A stretch of DNA of 64,000 nt from an uncultured Chloroflexia bacterium (lineage in GTDB: Bacteria; Chloroflexota; Limnocylindria; Limnocylindrales; CSP1-4). A model generated the notes under the pieces. That model did no database searches. It had not been told where the DNA came from and worked only from the letters and a program-made list of their open reading frames with translations. Both the position numbers and the translations under genes were made by a program. How positions within the stretch are numbered: the stretch's first letter is position 1; every line of letters begins with the position of its first letter. The stretch spans positions 64,001 to 128,000 of the forward strand of contig CAWHXD010000005.1 of the NCBI GenBank assembly GCA_963833225.1, given 5' to 3'. Positions 54,681-64,000 of the stretch are shown here, in pieces.

Positions 54681-55379
54681 TCACCGCTCGGCGAACTGGT
54701 AGCCGGCGCCCCGGACGGTCAGCACGAACTGGGGCAGGGACGGGTCGTCCTCGATCTTGTCGCGCAGGTGGCTGACGTGCACGTTGATGGTCTTCTCGTC
54801 CTGGTCGAGGGCCTCGTAGTCGCGGAGCAGCTCCAGGAGCTCGCGCCGAGTGAACACGCGACCGGGGCGGCTCGCGAGATGTCGCAGGATCTCGAACTCG
54901 GTCGCCGTCAGCCCGATCCGCCGGTTGCCCCGCTGGACGCGCCGCCGTTCGAGGTCGATGACAAGGTCACCATGGCGGATGACCCGGCCGCCCGCCGCGT
55001 TGGCGAGGTCACCGTATGCCCGGCGGAGCAGGGCCCGGATCCGGCTCATCAGCTCGCGCAGCGCAAACGGCTTGGTCACGTAGTCATCCGCGCCAAGCTC
55101 CAGTCCGACCACCTTGTCGAACTCGTCGCCGCGGGCGGTCAGGAACAGCACCGGGGCCTTCGAGCCGACCGCACGCAGGCGGCGCAACACCTCGAAGCCG
55201 TCGATGCCCGGCAGCCGCACATCGAGCAGGATGAGATCGGGGGCCTGGGTGGTGGCGAACTCAAGCCCCTCCTCGCCCGAGCGCGCCACGGTGACCTCGT
55301 ATCCCTCCTGCTGGAGGGCGTACTGGATGCCGCGCGCGACGGCGAACTCGTCTTCGACGATCAGGATGGTGGCAGCCAC
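54681..55379 (-). CDS. OmpR-family response regulator
   Basis: VEDE, LLDVRLP, GADDYVTKPF, TVRGAGY. Confidence 0.96.
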   Translation of the reverse strand: MAATILIVEDEFAVARGIQYALQQEGYEVTVARSGEEGLEFATTQAPDLILLDVRLPGIDGFEVLRRLRAVGSKAPVLFLTARGDEFDKVVGLELGADDYVTKPFALRELMSRIRALLRRAYGDLANAAGGRVIRHGDLVIDLERRRVQRGNRRIGLTATEFEILRHLASRPGRVFTRRELLELLRDYEALDQDEKTINVHVSHLRDKIEDDPSLPQFVLTVRGAGYQFAER

Positions 55380-55529
55380 GACCTGGCGATCCTACACCGG
55401 GGGACGGAGAGGGGCCGTCATGGTAGCCTCCCGGTGACGCGAAAGCGGGCTGGAGGCCCGCGTTGACACGGTCCCGCCCCGCGGTGTGCGAGGGCGTGCG
55501 GGCCGCCACCACGACGAGGATCACCAGAC

Positions 55530-56195
55530 ATGCCCAACCGCCCCAGCCTCGCGGCCGCCAGCCGCACCGTGACCGGCAAGAAGGTAGCCCTTCTCCGGCG
55601 CGAGGGGCTCCTTCCGGCCGTCGTCTACGGCCACGGTACCGCCAGCGAGCCGGTCACTGTCGATGCGCATGCGTTCGAGCTTCTCCGCCGCCGCGTCGGC
55701 GCATCCACGCTCGTGGACCTCGAGGTGGACGGCAAGAAGTCACGGCCGGTCATCGTCCACGGGATCCAGGTGCACCCGATCACCCGCAAGCCGATCCACA
55801 TCGACCTGTTCGCGGTCCGGATGACCGAGGAGCTCACCGTCGAGGTCCAGCTCATCGGCAGCGGGATTGCCCCTGCGTCTGAGACCGGCGGTACGCTCGT
55901 GCACCCGGTGTCGAGCGTCAAGGTGCGAGCCCTGCCGGACAACCTGCCGGAGACGCTGCACTACGACCTCTCCACGCTCGTCGACTTCGACAGCTCGGTC
56001 ACGGTCGCGGACCTGGTGGTCCCCGACGGGGTCTCCGTCCTGGCCGAGCCCAGCGAGGTGATCGCCCGGGTGCTGCCGCCGCGCGTCGAGGTCGAGGAGG
56101 TCGAGGAGGTCGAGGGCATCGAGGGCGAGGAAGGGGCCGCCGAAGCGTCCGCCGAGGGCGCCGAGGGCGCAACCGAGGACGCCACGGAGGGCTGA
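55530..56195 (+). CDS. rplY: 50S ribosomal protein L25/Ctc
   Basis: LRREGLLPAVVYG, HIDL, TL5 C-domain, acidic tail. Confidence 0.95.
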   Translation: MPNRPSLAAASRTVTGKKVALLRREGLLPAVVYGHGTASEPVTVDAHAFELLRRRVGASTLVDLEVDGKKSRPVIVHGIQVHPITRKPIHIDLFAVRMTEELTVEVQLIGSGIAPASETGGTLVHPVSSVKVRALPDNLPETLHYDLSTLVDFDSSVTVADLVVPDGVSVLAEPSEVIARVLPPRVEVEEVEEVEGIEGEEGAAEASAEGAEGATEDATEG

Positions 56196-56223
56196 TGTCC
56201 CGGGGTTCGTCGCGAGGGCTCGC

Positions 56224-57051
56224 TCAGGCGCGTCCGGTGCGCCGCCCGGAGGCGATCACGACCGGCAGGCGCAGATGCAGGTCGTCCGGCGGGAGCGCGC
56301 GCAGCCGCCCCAGCAGGTCCGTCTCGAGCGCGATCCGTGCCTGTGGTTCCAGCGTCGCGAACAGGTCCTCGTCGTCGAAGCTCGCCAGGAACGCGAGGTA
56401 GGACTCCGGCGTGTACCGGTGGTCCACCTCGGTCTGGGTGGCGACCACCTCGCCGAATCCCGCCCGGCGCAGGCGCGCGGCGGCGTCCCTCGGCGACCGC
56501 GGATCGTTGCCCTGACCGCCTCCGCCCCCGGGTGGCTCCAGGTCCGCCGCGACGAGGGCGTCGGCGTAGGCGTCGTCGGCCCGAAGCGAGCCGCCGGCGA
56601 GCCAGGTCGCGAACACCAGCATCGCCTCCGGTCGCAGCACCCGTCGACCCTCGCGCAGGACCCGATGTGCGCTCGGCACCAGCTGGAGCACGAAGCCCGA
56701 CACGACGACGTCGAACGTCCCGTCCGCGAACGGAACCTGGTCAGCCGACGCCCGGACGAGGTCGATCCGATCGCGCGCTGCCGGAGGCAGGGCCGATAGC
56801 TCCCGCTCCGCCACGTCCAGCATCCCGGCCGAGACGTCGACACCGGTCACTCGCGCAGCCGGCCAGCGGCTGACGGCGGCGGCAGCCAGGGCCCCTGTGC
56901 CGCAGCCGAGGTCCAGGATCCGGGTCGCGCCAGACTCAACCTCCGGGGCGATCACATCGAGCATGGCAATCGTGGCAGGCCGGTGGATGGGGGACCACCA
57001 CCGTGCATACCCCTCCGCGATCCGGTCGTACCGCGCCTCCTGGTCCGTCAT
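56224..57051 (-). CDS. Class I SAM-dependent methyltransferase
   Basis: LDLGCGTG, GVDVSAGML, PFADGTFDVV. Confidence 0.92.
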   Translation of the reverse strand: MTDQEARYDRIAEGYARWWSPIHRPATIAMLDVIAPEVESGATRILDLGCGTGALAAAAVSRWPAARVTGVDVSAGMLDVAERELSALPPAARDRIDLVRASADQVPFADGTFDVVVSGFVLQLVPSAHRVLREGRRVLRPEAMLVFATWLAGGSLRADDAYADALVAADLEPPGGGGGQGNDPRSPRDAAARLRRAGFGEVVATQTEVDHRYTPESYLAFLASFDDEDLFATLEPQARIALETDLLGRLRALPPDDLHLRLPVVIASGRRTGRA

Positions 57052-57218
57052 GCTGCAATCGTGCCATGCTGGAATCAGGCCCTTCGGCCCGCTGGCGCGG
57101 TCCGCGGGCCGCTGTCCGTGGCAGGCGGCGTGGGAGATGCTTCCTGCCTGAAAGGCATTCGCGCGCCTGTGCCAGTCGATCGGGCTGCCGGCGCCGGGGG
57201 CCCGCAAGGAGCTCGAGA

Positions 57219-57620
57219 GTGAAGAAGATCCTGCTCGCCTACGACGGCGGGGAGCCCGCGAGGCGCGCGCTCGACCAGACGGTCGAGCTGGCCAAGGTGT
57301 TCGACGCCCACGTCGGCGTCGTGAGCGTCGTTCCCGGCCGCCCGGGCCGCGCGCCCGTCGATCCCTGGGATGACCGGACCGTGCATGCGGAGGAGCTCCT
57401 GGAGGCCAGACGGCTGATGCGCGAGGCTGGCATCGAGGTCGACCTCCTGGAGCCGGGCGGTGACGTGGCCACGACCATCGAGCGCGTGGCCGACGAGCAC
57501 GGATACGACACCATCGTCGTGGGAACCCGCGGCCTTGGCAGCCTCGCCAAGGTGTTCCAGGGCAGCGTCTCGGAGCACGTGGCGACCCATGCTCACGCGA
57601 CCGTCGTCGTCGCGCGCTGA
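57219..57620 (+). CDS. Universal stress protein
   Basis: KILLAYDG, IVVGTRG, GSVSEHV; AAGGAG RBS. Confidence 0.93.
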   Translation: MKKILLAYDGGEPARRALDQTVELAKVFDAHVGVVSVVPGRPGRAPVDPWDDRTVHAEELLEARRLMREAGIEVDLLEPGGDVATTIERVADEHGYDTIVVGTRGLGSLAKVFQGSVSEHVATHAHATVVVAR

Positions 57621-57621
57621 C

Positions 57622-59370
57622 ATGCTGACCCCCACCGGTCCCCGCGGCCACACCCACCGACTGTCGCGGGCGGTTCTCGAGTCCCTGCGCACCGGGGTCG
57701 GGCCGGCGCCGATCATCCTTCGGGGCATGGCGCTCCTCGCCGATCCCGTGCTCAACAAGGACGCCGCCTTCACCGACGGGGAGCGGGAGGCGCTGGGGAT
57801 TCGCGGCCTGCTCCCGCCCCGCGTCGTCGATATGGAGCACCAGGTGTCCCTCGAGCTCGAGCACGTGCGCCGCAAGGCGGACGACCTCGAGCGCTACATC
57901 GGCCTTGCCGCCCTGCAGGACCGCAACGAGACCCTGTTCCACCGCGTGCTGCTCGAGCACCTCGAGGAGCTGCTGCCCATCGTCTACACGCCGACGGTCG
58001 GGCTGGCCTGCCAGGGATTCAGCCACCTCTGGAGGCGGCCGCGCGGCGTCTGGATCACGCCTGACGACCTGGACCGCATCCCAGAGCTGCTGCGCAACGC
58101 GGCGCGTGACGAGATCCGGTTGATCGTGGTGACCGACAACGAGCGGATCCTGGGGCTCGGGGATCAGGGCGCGGGTGGCATGCCGATCCCGGTCGGCAAG
58201 CTGGCGCTCTATTCCGCCGCGGCCGGGATCCACCCCGGTCTCACGCTGCCGGTCTCGCTCGACGTCGGGACCGATCGCGTCGAGCTGCTCTCGGACCCGC
58301 TGTATGTCGGCTGGCGCCATCCCCGGTTGCGAGGCGAGGCGTACGACGAGGTCGTGGAGGCCTTCGTCGCCGGCGTCCGCGAGGTGCTGCCGCGTGCGGT
58401 TCTCCAGTGGGAGGACTTCAAGCAGCACAACGCGATCCGGCTGCTCCACCGCTACCGCGAGTGGGTCTGCTCGTTCAACGACGATATCCAGGGCACGGCG
58501 TCGCTCGCGGTGGCAGGAATCCTGGCCGCCCTCCGTTCGACCGGCCGGACGCTCGAAGGCACCCGCTACGTGCTCGCCGGCGCGGGCGCCGCGGGGACCG
58601 GGATCGCGCGGCTCCTGCGCGTGGCAATGATGGAAGCGGGGGTGCCGCCGGACGAGGTGCGGGCGTCGATCGCGATGCTCGACTCGAAGGGGCTCCTGAT
58701 CGAAGGCCGCCCGGGTCTCGATGACGACAAGGCCGAGGCGGCGTTGCCGCGCGACGTCGCGGAGTCGCTGGGTCTTGACCCGGACAAGCAGCACCAGCTG
58801 CTCGAGGTGGTCGAGGCGATGAAGCCAGACGTGCTGCTTGGGACCACCGGCATCGGTGGGGCGTTCCGCGAGGAGGCCATCCGCGCGATGGCCGCGCACT
58901 GCGAGCGGCCGATCGTCCTGCCGCTCTCCAATCCCACCGCCAACACCGAAGCCCGACCGGCCGATGTCCTCGCCTGGACCGATGGCCGGGCGATCGTGGC
59001 CACAGGCAGCCCGTTCGCCCCGGTGGAGATCGGCGGCCGGATCCACCGGATTCCGCAGGCCAACAACGCCTACGTGTTCCCGGGGATGGGTCTCGGCGCC
59101 ATCGTGTCCGAGGCCCGGATCCTGCCGGATTCGGTGTTCCTCGTGGCGGCCCGACGACTCGCGGACCTGACGAAGCCGGAAGCGCTGGCGGCCGGCGAGC
59201 TGTACCCGCCCATCGACGGCCTGCGCATGGTTGCCCGCGAGATCGCGATCGCCGTCGTGGGCCACCTCGGAGAGCTGGGGGTGGGGCGACGGTTCCAGGC
59301 GAGCGCGATCCCGGGGGCAGTCGACGCCGCGATGTGGCAGCCAGCCTACGTTCCTTACGAGGCGGTCTGA
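57622..59370 (+). CDS. NAD-dependent malic enzyme (large SfcA-type)
   Basis: NKDAAF, PIVYTPTVG, ILGLGDQG, QWEDF, FNDDIQGT, GAGAAG, LSNPT, QANNAYVFPG. Confidence 0.95.
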   Translation: MLTPTGPRGHTHRLSRAVLESLRTGVGPAPIILRGMALLADPVLNKDAAFTDGEREALGIRGLLPPRVVDMEHQVSLELEHVRRKADDLERYIGLAALQDRNETLFHRVLLEHLEELLPIVYTPTVGLACQGFSHLWRRPRGVWITPDDLDRIPELLRNAARDEIRLIVVTDNERILGLGDQGAGGMPIPVGKLALYSAAAGIHPGLTLPVSLDVGTDRVELLSDPLYVGWRHPRLRGEAYDEVVEAFVAGVREVLPRAVLQWEDFKQHNAIRLLHRYREWVCSFNDDIQGTASLAVAGILAALRSTGRTLEGTRYVLAGAGAAGTGIARLLRVAMMEAGVPPDEVRASIAMLDSKGLLIEGRPGLDDDKAEAALPRDVAESLGLDPDKQHQLLEVVEAMKPDVLLGTTGIGGAFREEAIRAMAAHCERPIVLPLSNPTANTEARPADVLAWTDGRAIVATGSPFAPVEIGGRIHRIPQANNAYVFPGMGLGAIVSEARILPDSVFLVAARRLADLTKPEALAAGELYPPIDGLRMVAREIAIAVVGHLGELGVGRRFQASAIPGAVDAAMWQPAYVPYEAV

Positions 59371-59498
59371 GGCTCACCTGAGGCAGCCCGGGGACGCCTT
59401 CCCGGGGTAGGGCGCGACGCGCGAGACGCCACACGCCCGCGTGTCCGGCCGTCTCGCTGCCGGCCGGCCCCGCCCCCCGGCTCGCACGGAGCTCCTCC

Positions 59499-61163
59499 AT
59501 GTCGCCTCTCGTCCGTGGGATCGTGCTGCTCGCGCTCGCCGTGGGCGTCCTGTTCGATGTCCTCGTTCCAGGCAACGCCGCTGGCCTGAACGCACCGCTG
59601 CTCATGGCCGCGTTGCTCGGAGCAGCGGTGGTCACCGCAGGCCGCGCGGGGCTGGCACGCATGGATCCGGCAGACGCCTGGCTTGGCCCGGGCGCCCTCG
59701 TCCTCGCGTCGATGAGCGTGCTCCGTGCCGACGACTGGCTCGTGACGGTGGACCTCCTGCTCGCCGTGGCGCTGGCCGTCGGGGCGATCGGATGCCTCGC
59801 GGGTGGTCGCATCACCCGAGGTCTCGTGCCGCGCATCCTGGAGCTGACCGTGGGCGCTGTGGCCGCTTCGGGGATCGGCGCCGCTGCCGTGCTGACGGTG
59901 AAGCGCCCGGCGACCGAGGCGCGCGTCGCCGTGGCGCCGCCATCGCGTCTCCGCAGCCGTCTCGCCCGTGTCGCTCCGGTGGCCCGAGGCCTGGTCATCG
60001 CGGTTCCCGTGGTGGCCGTGTTCATCGCGTTGTTCGCGTCGGCCGACGCGGTCTTCGCTCGCATCGCCTCGGACGTCCTGTCGTGGCAGCCGGACGTCGA
60101 TCTCGAGGACCTGGTCGGGCGTGCGCTCCTGGTCACGCTTGTCGCCTGGGGTGCCACGGGGCTGCTGGGTCTCGGAGCCGGCCTGCTGCCATCGTTCGCA
60201 TCGGCGTCGCCGGCCCCGGGTGCGTCATCGGCCGCACCGCCTGACCCGGATGGGAGCGCTGCCTCTGGAGCGGTGGGTCCCGGCGGTCCGCCCGCTCCCC
60301 CCTTGGCGTGGGGAGTGCCGGGCCCCGGCTGGGAATCCACGACCGCGGATCGCGCCCCTCTCCGGATGGGTATCGTGGAGGCAACCACCGTCCTGCTCGT
60401 GGTTGACGCCTTGTTCGCGATCTTCGTCGCGCTCCAGCTCGCCTGGCTGTTTGGCGGTCGCGACACCCTGGCGATGACCGGGCTGACCTATGCGGAGTAC
60501 GCGCGGCGCGGCTTCTTCGACCTCGTGATCGTCGCGCTGCTCGCGGGACTGCTCGTGGTGACGCTCGATCTGGCGGTCGCCCGCCGGACCCGCCTCGAGC
60601 TGACGGGTGCGATGGTGCTGCTCGGGCTGACCGCCGTGATCCTCGTGTCGGCATTCCTCCGGCTGCGCCTCTACCAGGACGCCTACGGCTGGACCGAGCT
60701 CCGGTTCGTGGTCCTGGTGGCGATCCTGTGGCTCGGCGCCGCGCTCGCGCTGGCGGCGGGCCTGCTGGTTGCGCGCCGGACGGGGTGGGTGCTCCACGGA
60801 CTGGGGATCGCGGTCCTGATGGCGGTCACGGTGATGAACGTGGTGGGCCCGCAGGCGTTCGTCGCGGAGCGGAACCTGGAGCGCGCGATCAACCCACTGC
60901 TGGTCCCGCCGGGTGGTCGGACTGGCCTCGACGCCGCCTACCTCGAGGAGCTGGGCGACGAGGCGGTGATCCCGATCGTTGACGCCTGGACGCAGCTGGG
61001 CGATGCCGACCGGGCTTCGCTCGAGCCGGTGCTTCAGGTGCGCAAGCGCCGGCTCGCCCACGAGAACCAGTACCAGGGCTGGCCCGCGTGGAACCTCACC
61101 CGGGAGCGGGCCCGCGGGGCGTTGCAGTCGTGGGAGGCGGCAACGGGTACCGCCTCCCACTGA
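59499..61163 (+). CDS. DUF4153/DUF4173-type membrane protein
   Basis: LFASADAVF, YAEYARRGFF, RLRLYQDAYGWTELR, DAAYL. Confidence 0.85.
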   Translation: MSPLVRGIVLLALAVGVLFDVLVPGNAAGLNAPLLMAALLGAAVVTAGRAGLARMDPADAWLGPGALVLASMSVLRADDWLVTVDLLLAVALAVGAIGCLAGGRITRGLVPRILELTVGAVAASGIGAAAVLTVKRPATEARVAVAPPSRLRSRLARVAPVARGLVIAVPVVAVFIALFASADAVFARIASDVLSWQPDVDLEDLVGRALLVTLVAWGATGLLGLGAGLLPSFASASPAPGASSAAPPDPDGSAASGAVGPGGPPAPPLAWGVPGPGWESTTADRAPLRMGIVEATTVLLVVDALFAIFVALQLAWLFGGRDTLAMTGLTYAEYARRGFFDLVIVALLAGLLVVTLDLAVARRTRLELTGAMVLLGLTAVILVSAFLRLRLYQDAYGWTELRFVVLVAILWLGAALALAAGLLVARRTGWVLHGLGIAVLMAVTVMNVVGPQAFVAERNLERAINPLLVPPGGRTGLDAAYLEELGDEAVIPIVDAWTQLGDADRASLEPVLQVRKRRLAHENQYQGWPAWNLTRERARGALQSWEAATGTASH

Positions 61164-61180
61164 GCGTCATTTGCGGCCGG

Positions 61181-62161
61181 TCAGCCCTCTCCACCGCCCC
61201 AGCCGGCGATCGGGCCGCCGGGATTGGCGGGGCCGCTGAGCCGCCTCGGCGAGAACCGGCGGTACGCCCAGCGCGCGATGAGCGCGATCACCAGCAGGAC
61301 GAGAATGACCGGGAGCCAGACGATGCCGAACCAGATCGCGCCGGACACGATCGCCTGACCGGCCTCGATCAGGGTGGCGGTCGCGCCGTCCACGTCCTTG
61401 GCCGGGTCCCAGCCCTTGGCCGTCTGCTGGACCTGCACGACTTCGGTGCCGAACGTGGTCACCAGCGTCCCGTAGGACACCTGGTCCTCGAGCTGTGCCC
61501 GCTGGGCGTCGATCCGCTCGATCTCGCCCCGGACGTCGGAGATCCGCGCCTGGACCTCGAGCAGGTCGCTGACCTTGCCGGTGCCGCTGGCGATCTGGAC
61601 CAGCACCGCCTCGGAGGCTCGCAGGTTCCGCAGCCGGGCCTCGAGGTCCACGATCTGGCTGCCGACCTCCGTCGCCTGCGTCTGGCCGCCGACAACCTTG
61701 GCCGCGAGGCCGCGCAGCGCCTCGACCGTCTCGTCCCAGCGCTGGGCCGGGATGCGGTACGTGATGGTGGCCACGGAGTACTGGTCGTCGTTGCGTTCCT
61801 GGGAGGCGCCGATGTAGCCGCCGACCGCGAGGACAGCGGTCCTTGCCTTTGCCAGGGCCGCCTGGAGGTCGTCGACCACGAGGTCGAGCGAGCCCGTGTA
61901 CACGATCTTGCGGTTGTCCGGGAGCGGCGCGGAAAGCGGCTGCTCGCCATTGGAGCCCAGCTCGGGGCCGGACCCGTCGTTGGGGCCTTCGGCCGGGGCG
62001 GCGGAGGGAGCGGCGTACTCGCCGTCCCCACCGTTGACCGGGCCACCCACCGTCGAGAGGATGGTGGCCGTGCCTCCGCCACAAGCCGCGAAGGCGATCG
62101 CCAGGACCACGAGCGGGAGCAGGACGCGGAGCCAGCGGCTCCGCCGCACGGTTGTCGTCAT
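61181..62161 (-). CDS. DUF4349-type lipoprotein
   Basis: FAAC lipobox, RKIVYTG, DLEARL, EIE coiled coil, C-terminal TM WLP. Confidence 0.85.
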   Translation of the reverse strand: MTTTVRRSRWLRVLLPLVVLAIAFAACGGGTATILSTVGGPVNGGDGEYAAPSAAPAEGPNDGSGPELGSNGEQPLSAPLPDNRKIVYTGSLDLVVDDLQAALAKARTAVLAVGGYIGASQERNDDQYSVATITYRIPAQRWDETVEALRGLAAKVVGGQTQATEVGSQIVDLEARLRNLRASEAVLVQIASGTGKVSDLLEVQARISDVRGEIERIDAQRAQLEDQVSYGTLVTTFGTEVVQVQQTAKGWDPAKDVDGATATLIEAGQAIVSGAIWFGIVWLPVILVLLVIALIARWAYRRFSPRRLSGPANPGGPIAGWGGGEG

Positions 62162-62344
62162 CGTTCCCCACCTGCGTTTCGAATGGCACGCGATGTCGCG
62201 CGTGCTACGGGGTGCCGCACAGACCGGCGGCTCTGCGGGGACGCGGCCCGGGGGACACGGGTTCCGAGCCAGCGGCATCGTACGCCCGTGGCGCAACCCT
62301 GCCACGGGCCAACTGGTGGTGCCCCGGCGCGGTATCGTGCCGTC

Positions 62345-63433
62345 ATGGCCCTCTCGTTCAAGCCCCCCATCGAGCCCATGCTGGCCAAGGCGTCAGAGGC
62401 ACTTCCCGAGGGCGACGGCTGGCTGTTCGAGCCCAAGTGGGACGGCTTCCGCGCGCTCGTGTTCCGGGACGGCGACGAAGTCTACACGCAGAGCCGTGAC
62501 CTCAAGCCGCTCGACCGGTACTTCCCGGAGCTCGCCGCCCCGTTCCGGGAACAGCTCCCCGAGCGCTGCGTCCTCGATGGCGAGGTGGTGATCGCTCGCG
62601 ACGGGACGCTCGACTTCGAGGCGCTCCTGCTGCGCATCCACCCGGCGGAGTCACGGGTCCGGATGCTTGCGGCCGAGACGCCGGCGAGTTTCGTGGCCTG
62701 GGACCTCCTGGCGCTGGGCGACCAGGACCTGCGTGCCGTGCCGCAGGGCGAGCGACGCAACCGCCTGGTCGAGGCGCTGGCCGACGTTCGCCCGCCGATC
62801 CACCTCACGCCCGCGACGCTGGATCGCGCGCTGGCCGCCGACTGGTTCGACCGGTTCGAGGGCGCCGGTCTGGACGGCGTGGTGGCGAAGCGCCTCGAGG
62901 GCACGTACCAGCCGGGCAAGCGGGCGATGCTCAAGATCAAGCATGGCCGGACGGCCGATTGCGTGGTCGCCGGGTTCCGGTGGCACAAGAACGGGCCCGG
63001 GACGCACGTTGGGAGCCTCCTGCTCGGGCTGTTCGATGATGCCGCGAAGCTGCATCACGTGGGGGTCACGTCGTCGTTCACGTGGGACCGGCGCGCCGCG
63101 CTGGTCGAGGAGTTGGCGCCGCTCCGCGAGGGCGCGCTCGACGGGCACCCGTGGTCGGAGTGGGCCGAGTGGGCATCCGCCGGCACCGACGGGTCCGGGC
63201 AGCGGCTGCCCGGAGCCGGATCCCGGTGGAACCGCGGCAAGGACCTCTCGTGGGAGGTGCTCCGCTGCGAGCGGGTCGCCGAGGTTGGCTACGACCACCT
63301 CCAGGGTGACCGGTTCCGGCACGCGACGACGTTCAAGCGGTGGCGGCCGGACAAGGCCCCGTCGGACTGCCGGTACGACCAGCTCGAGACCACGGTGCCG
63401 TTCGAGCTCGCCCGCATCTTCAGGGCCGGCTGA
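62345..63433 (+). CDS. ATP-dependent DNA ligase (LigC-type)
   Basis: PMLAK, EPKWDGFR, LDGE, DGVVAK, YQPGKR, KIK, FRH...WRPDK. Confidence 0.93.
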   Translation: MALSFKPPIEPMLAKASEALPEGDGWLFEPKWDGFRALVFRDGDEVYTQSRDLKPLDRYFPELAAPFREQLPERCVLDGEVVIARDGTLDFEALLLRIHPAESRVRMLAAETPASFVAWDLLALGDQDLRAVPQGERRNRLVEALADVRPPIHLTPATLDRALAADWFDRFEGAGLDGVVAKRLEGTYQPGKRAMLKIKHGRTADCVVAGFRWHKNGPGTHVGSLLLGLFDDAAKLHHVGVTSSFTWDRRAALVEELAPLREGALDGHPWSEWAEWASAGTDGSGQRLPGAGSRWNRGKDLSWEVLRCERVAEVGYDHLQGDRFRHATTFKRWRPDKAPSDCRYDQLETTVPFELARIFRAG

Positions 63434-63439
63434 CCGCCC

Positions 63440-64000
63440 GTGCCGCCCGACGCCGCATTCAACGCGCTCGACCTGCCGACCGGGCTCATCGGCGGCCTTG
63501 CCGTCGCCGGTTTCGCCGTCGCGATCCTCGCCGCGCTCCTGGCACCGGTCCTGGCCCGGTTGCGCCGGCTGGAGGAATGGCGGGATCCTCTCCGGCTGAT
63601 CCCGTACGGACTCCTGTTCGCCGGGGCAGTCCTGGCCGGCACCGCAGCCGCGCTGGGCTCGGTCACGGCCCCCCGGCCGGGCGTGCGCGAGGTGGCCTCG
63701 GTGGCGCTCGCGATCCTGTGCCTGACGCCCCTGGTGGGGGCGGGCGCCGTCCGGCTTCGCTACGGGGCTCCCGGCGGACGCACGTTCCCGCAGCAGATCG
63801 CCGCCAACCGGGGCTCGTCGGTGCTGCTCCTGGCCGTCCTGTTCGAGCTGATGGCCATCACCGGGTTCCTGATCGGTGCGGCCGTAGGTGTCGGCTTCGG
63901 CGTCACGCTTGGGCTGGGGCTTGCCGTTGCCGGGGTGTCGGTGGCTGTGACGCTCGCTGCGGCCGCGTTCGCGTGGGCCTCTGGCGATGGCGTGATCCTC
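63440..64000 (+). CDS. Partial membrane protein, likely HtpX/M48 peptidase with extra N-terminal TM helices
   Basis: Frame stays open to the window end; TFPQQIAANRGSSVLLL resembles the HtpX N-terminus; no HExxH seen within the window. Confidence 0.5.
   Translation, partial: MPPDAAFNALDLPTGLIGGLAVAGFAVAILAALLAPVLARLRRLEEWRDPLRLIPYGLLFAGAVLAGTAAALGSVTAPRPGVREVASVALAILCLTPLVGAGAVRLRYGAPGGRTFPQQIAANRGSSVLLLAVLFELMAITGFLIGAAVGVGFGVTLGLGLAVAGVSVAVTLAAAAFAWASGDGVIL

Noticed and set aside
57052-59265. Very long antisense or alternative-frame ORFs (e.g. 56224-59265, 10987-13878, 50061-52493)
   Set aside because: These are shadow ORFs of high-GC genes, Arg/Pro/Gly-rich with no motifs. Only the last 275 aa of the 1013-aa ORF is a real methyltransferase.

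Overview
High-GC bacterial chromosome segment of about 60 genes, mostly housekeeping and metabolic. The gene repertoire, monoderm-type PASTA kinase and leaderless promoters suggest Chloroflexota, possibly Limnocylindria-like (inference only). Many genes are split by single-base indels, densest at 29.1-33.7 kb, which is most consistent with long-read or low-coverage assembly error. Content in order: folD-fhs; a histidine-utilisation cluster (hutH, hutU, in-frame formiminotransferase-hutI fusion); a degenerate MBL-fold gene beside a ~180-nt structured ncRNA candidate; argS; three tandem cassettes ending in a PPxTD-transmembrane-basic tail; an ECF sigma/anti-sigma pair; tdh-kbl-PHP phosphatase; a LacI-controlled maltodextrin ABC/GH13 locus; tRNA-Glu; galU-pknB; folC-folP-folB; a two-component system with htrA; rplY; usp-malic enzyme; a LigC-type ligase. 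No CRISPR array, integrase, transposase or prophage was seen. Best novelty candidates are the PPxTD sorting-tail cassette array (18.85-20.93 kb) and the orphan structured RNA next to an MBL-fold protein lacking its metal ligands (14.76-15.63 kb).
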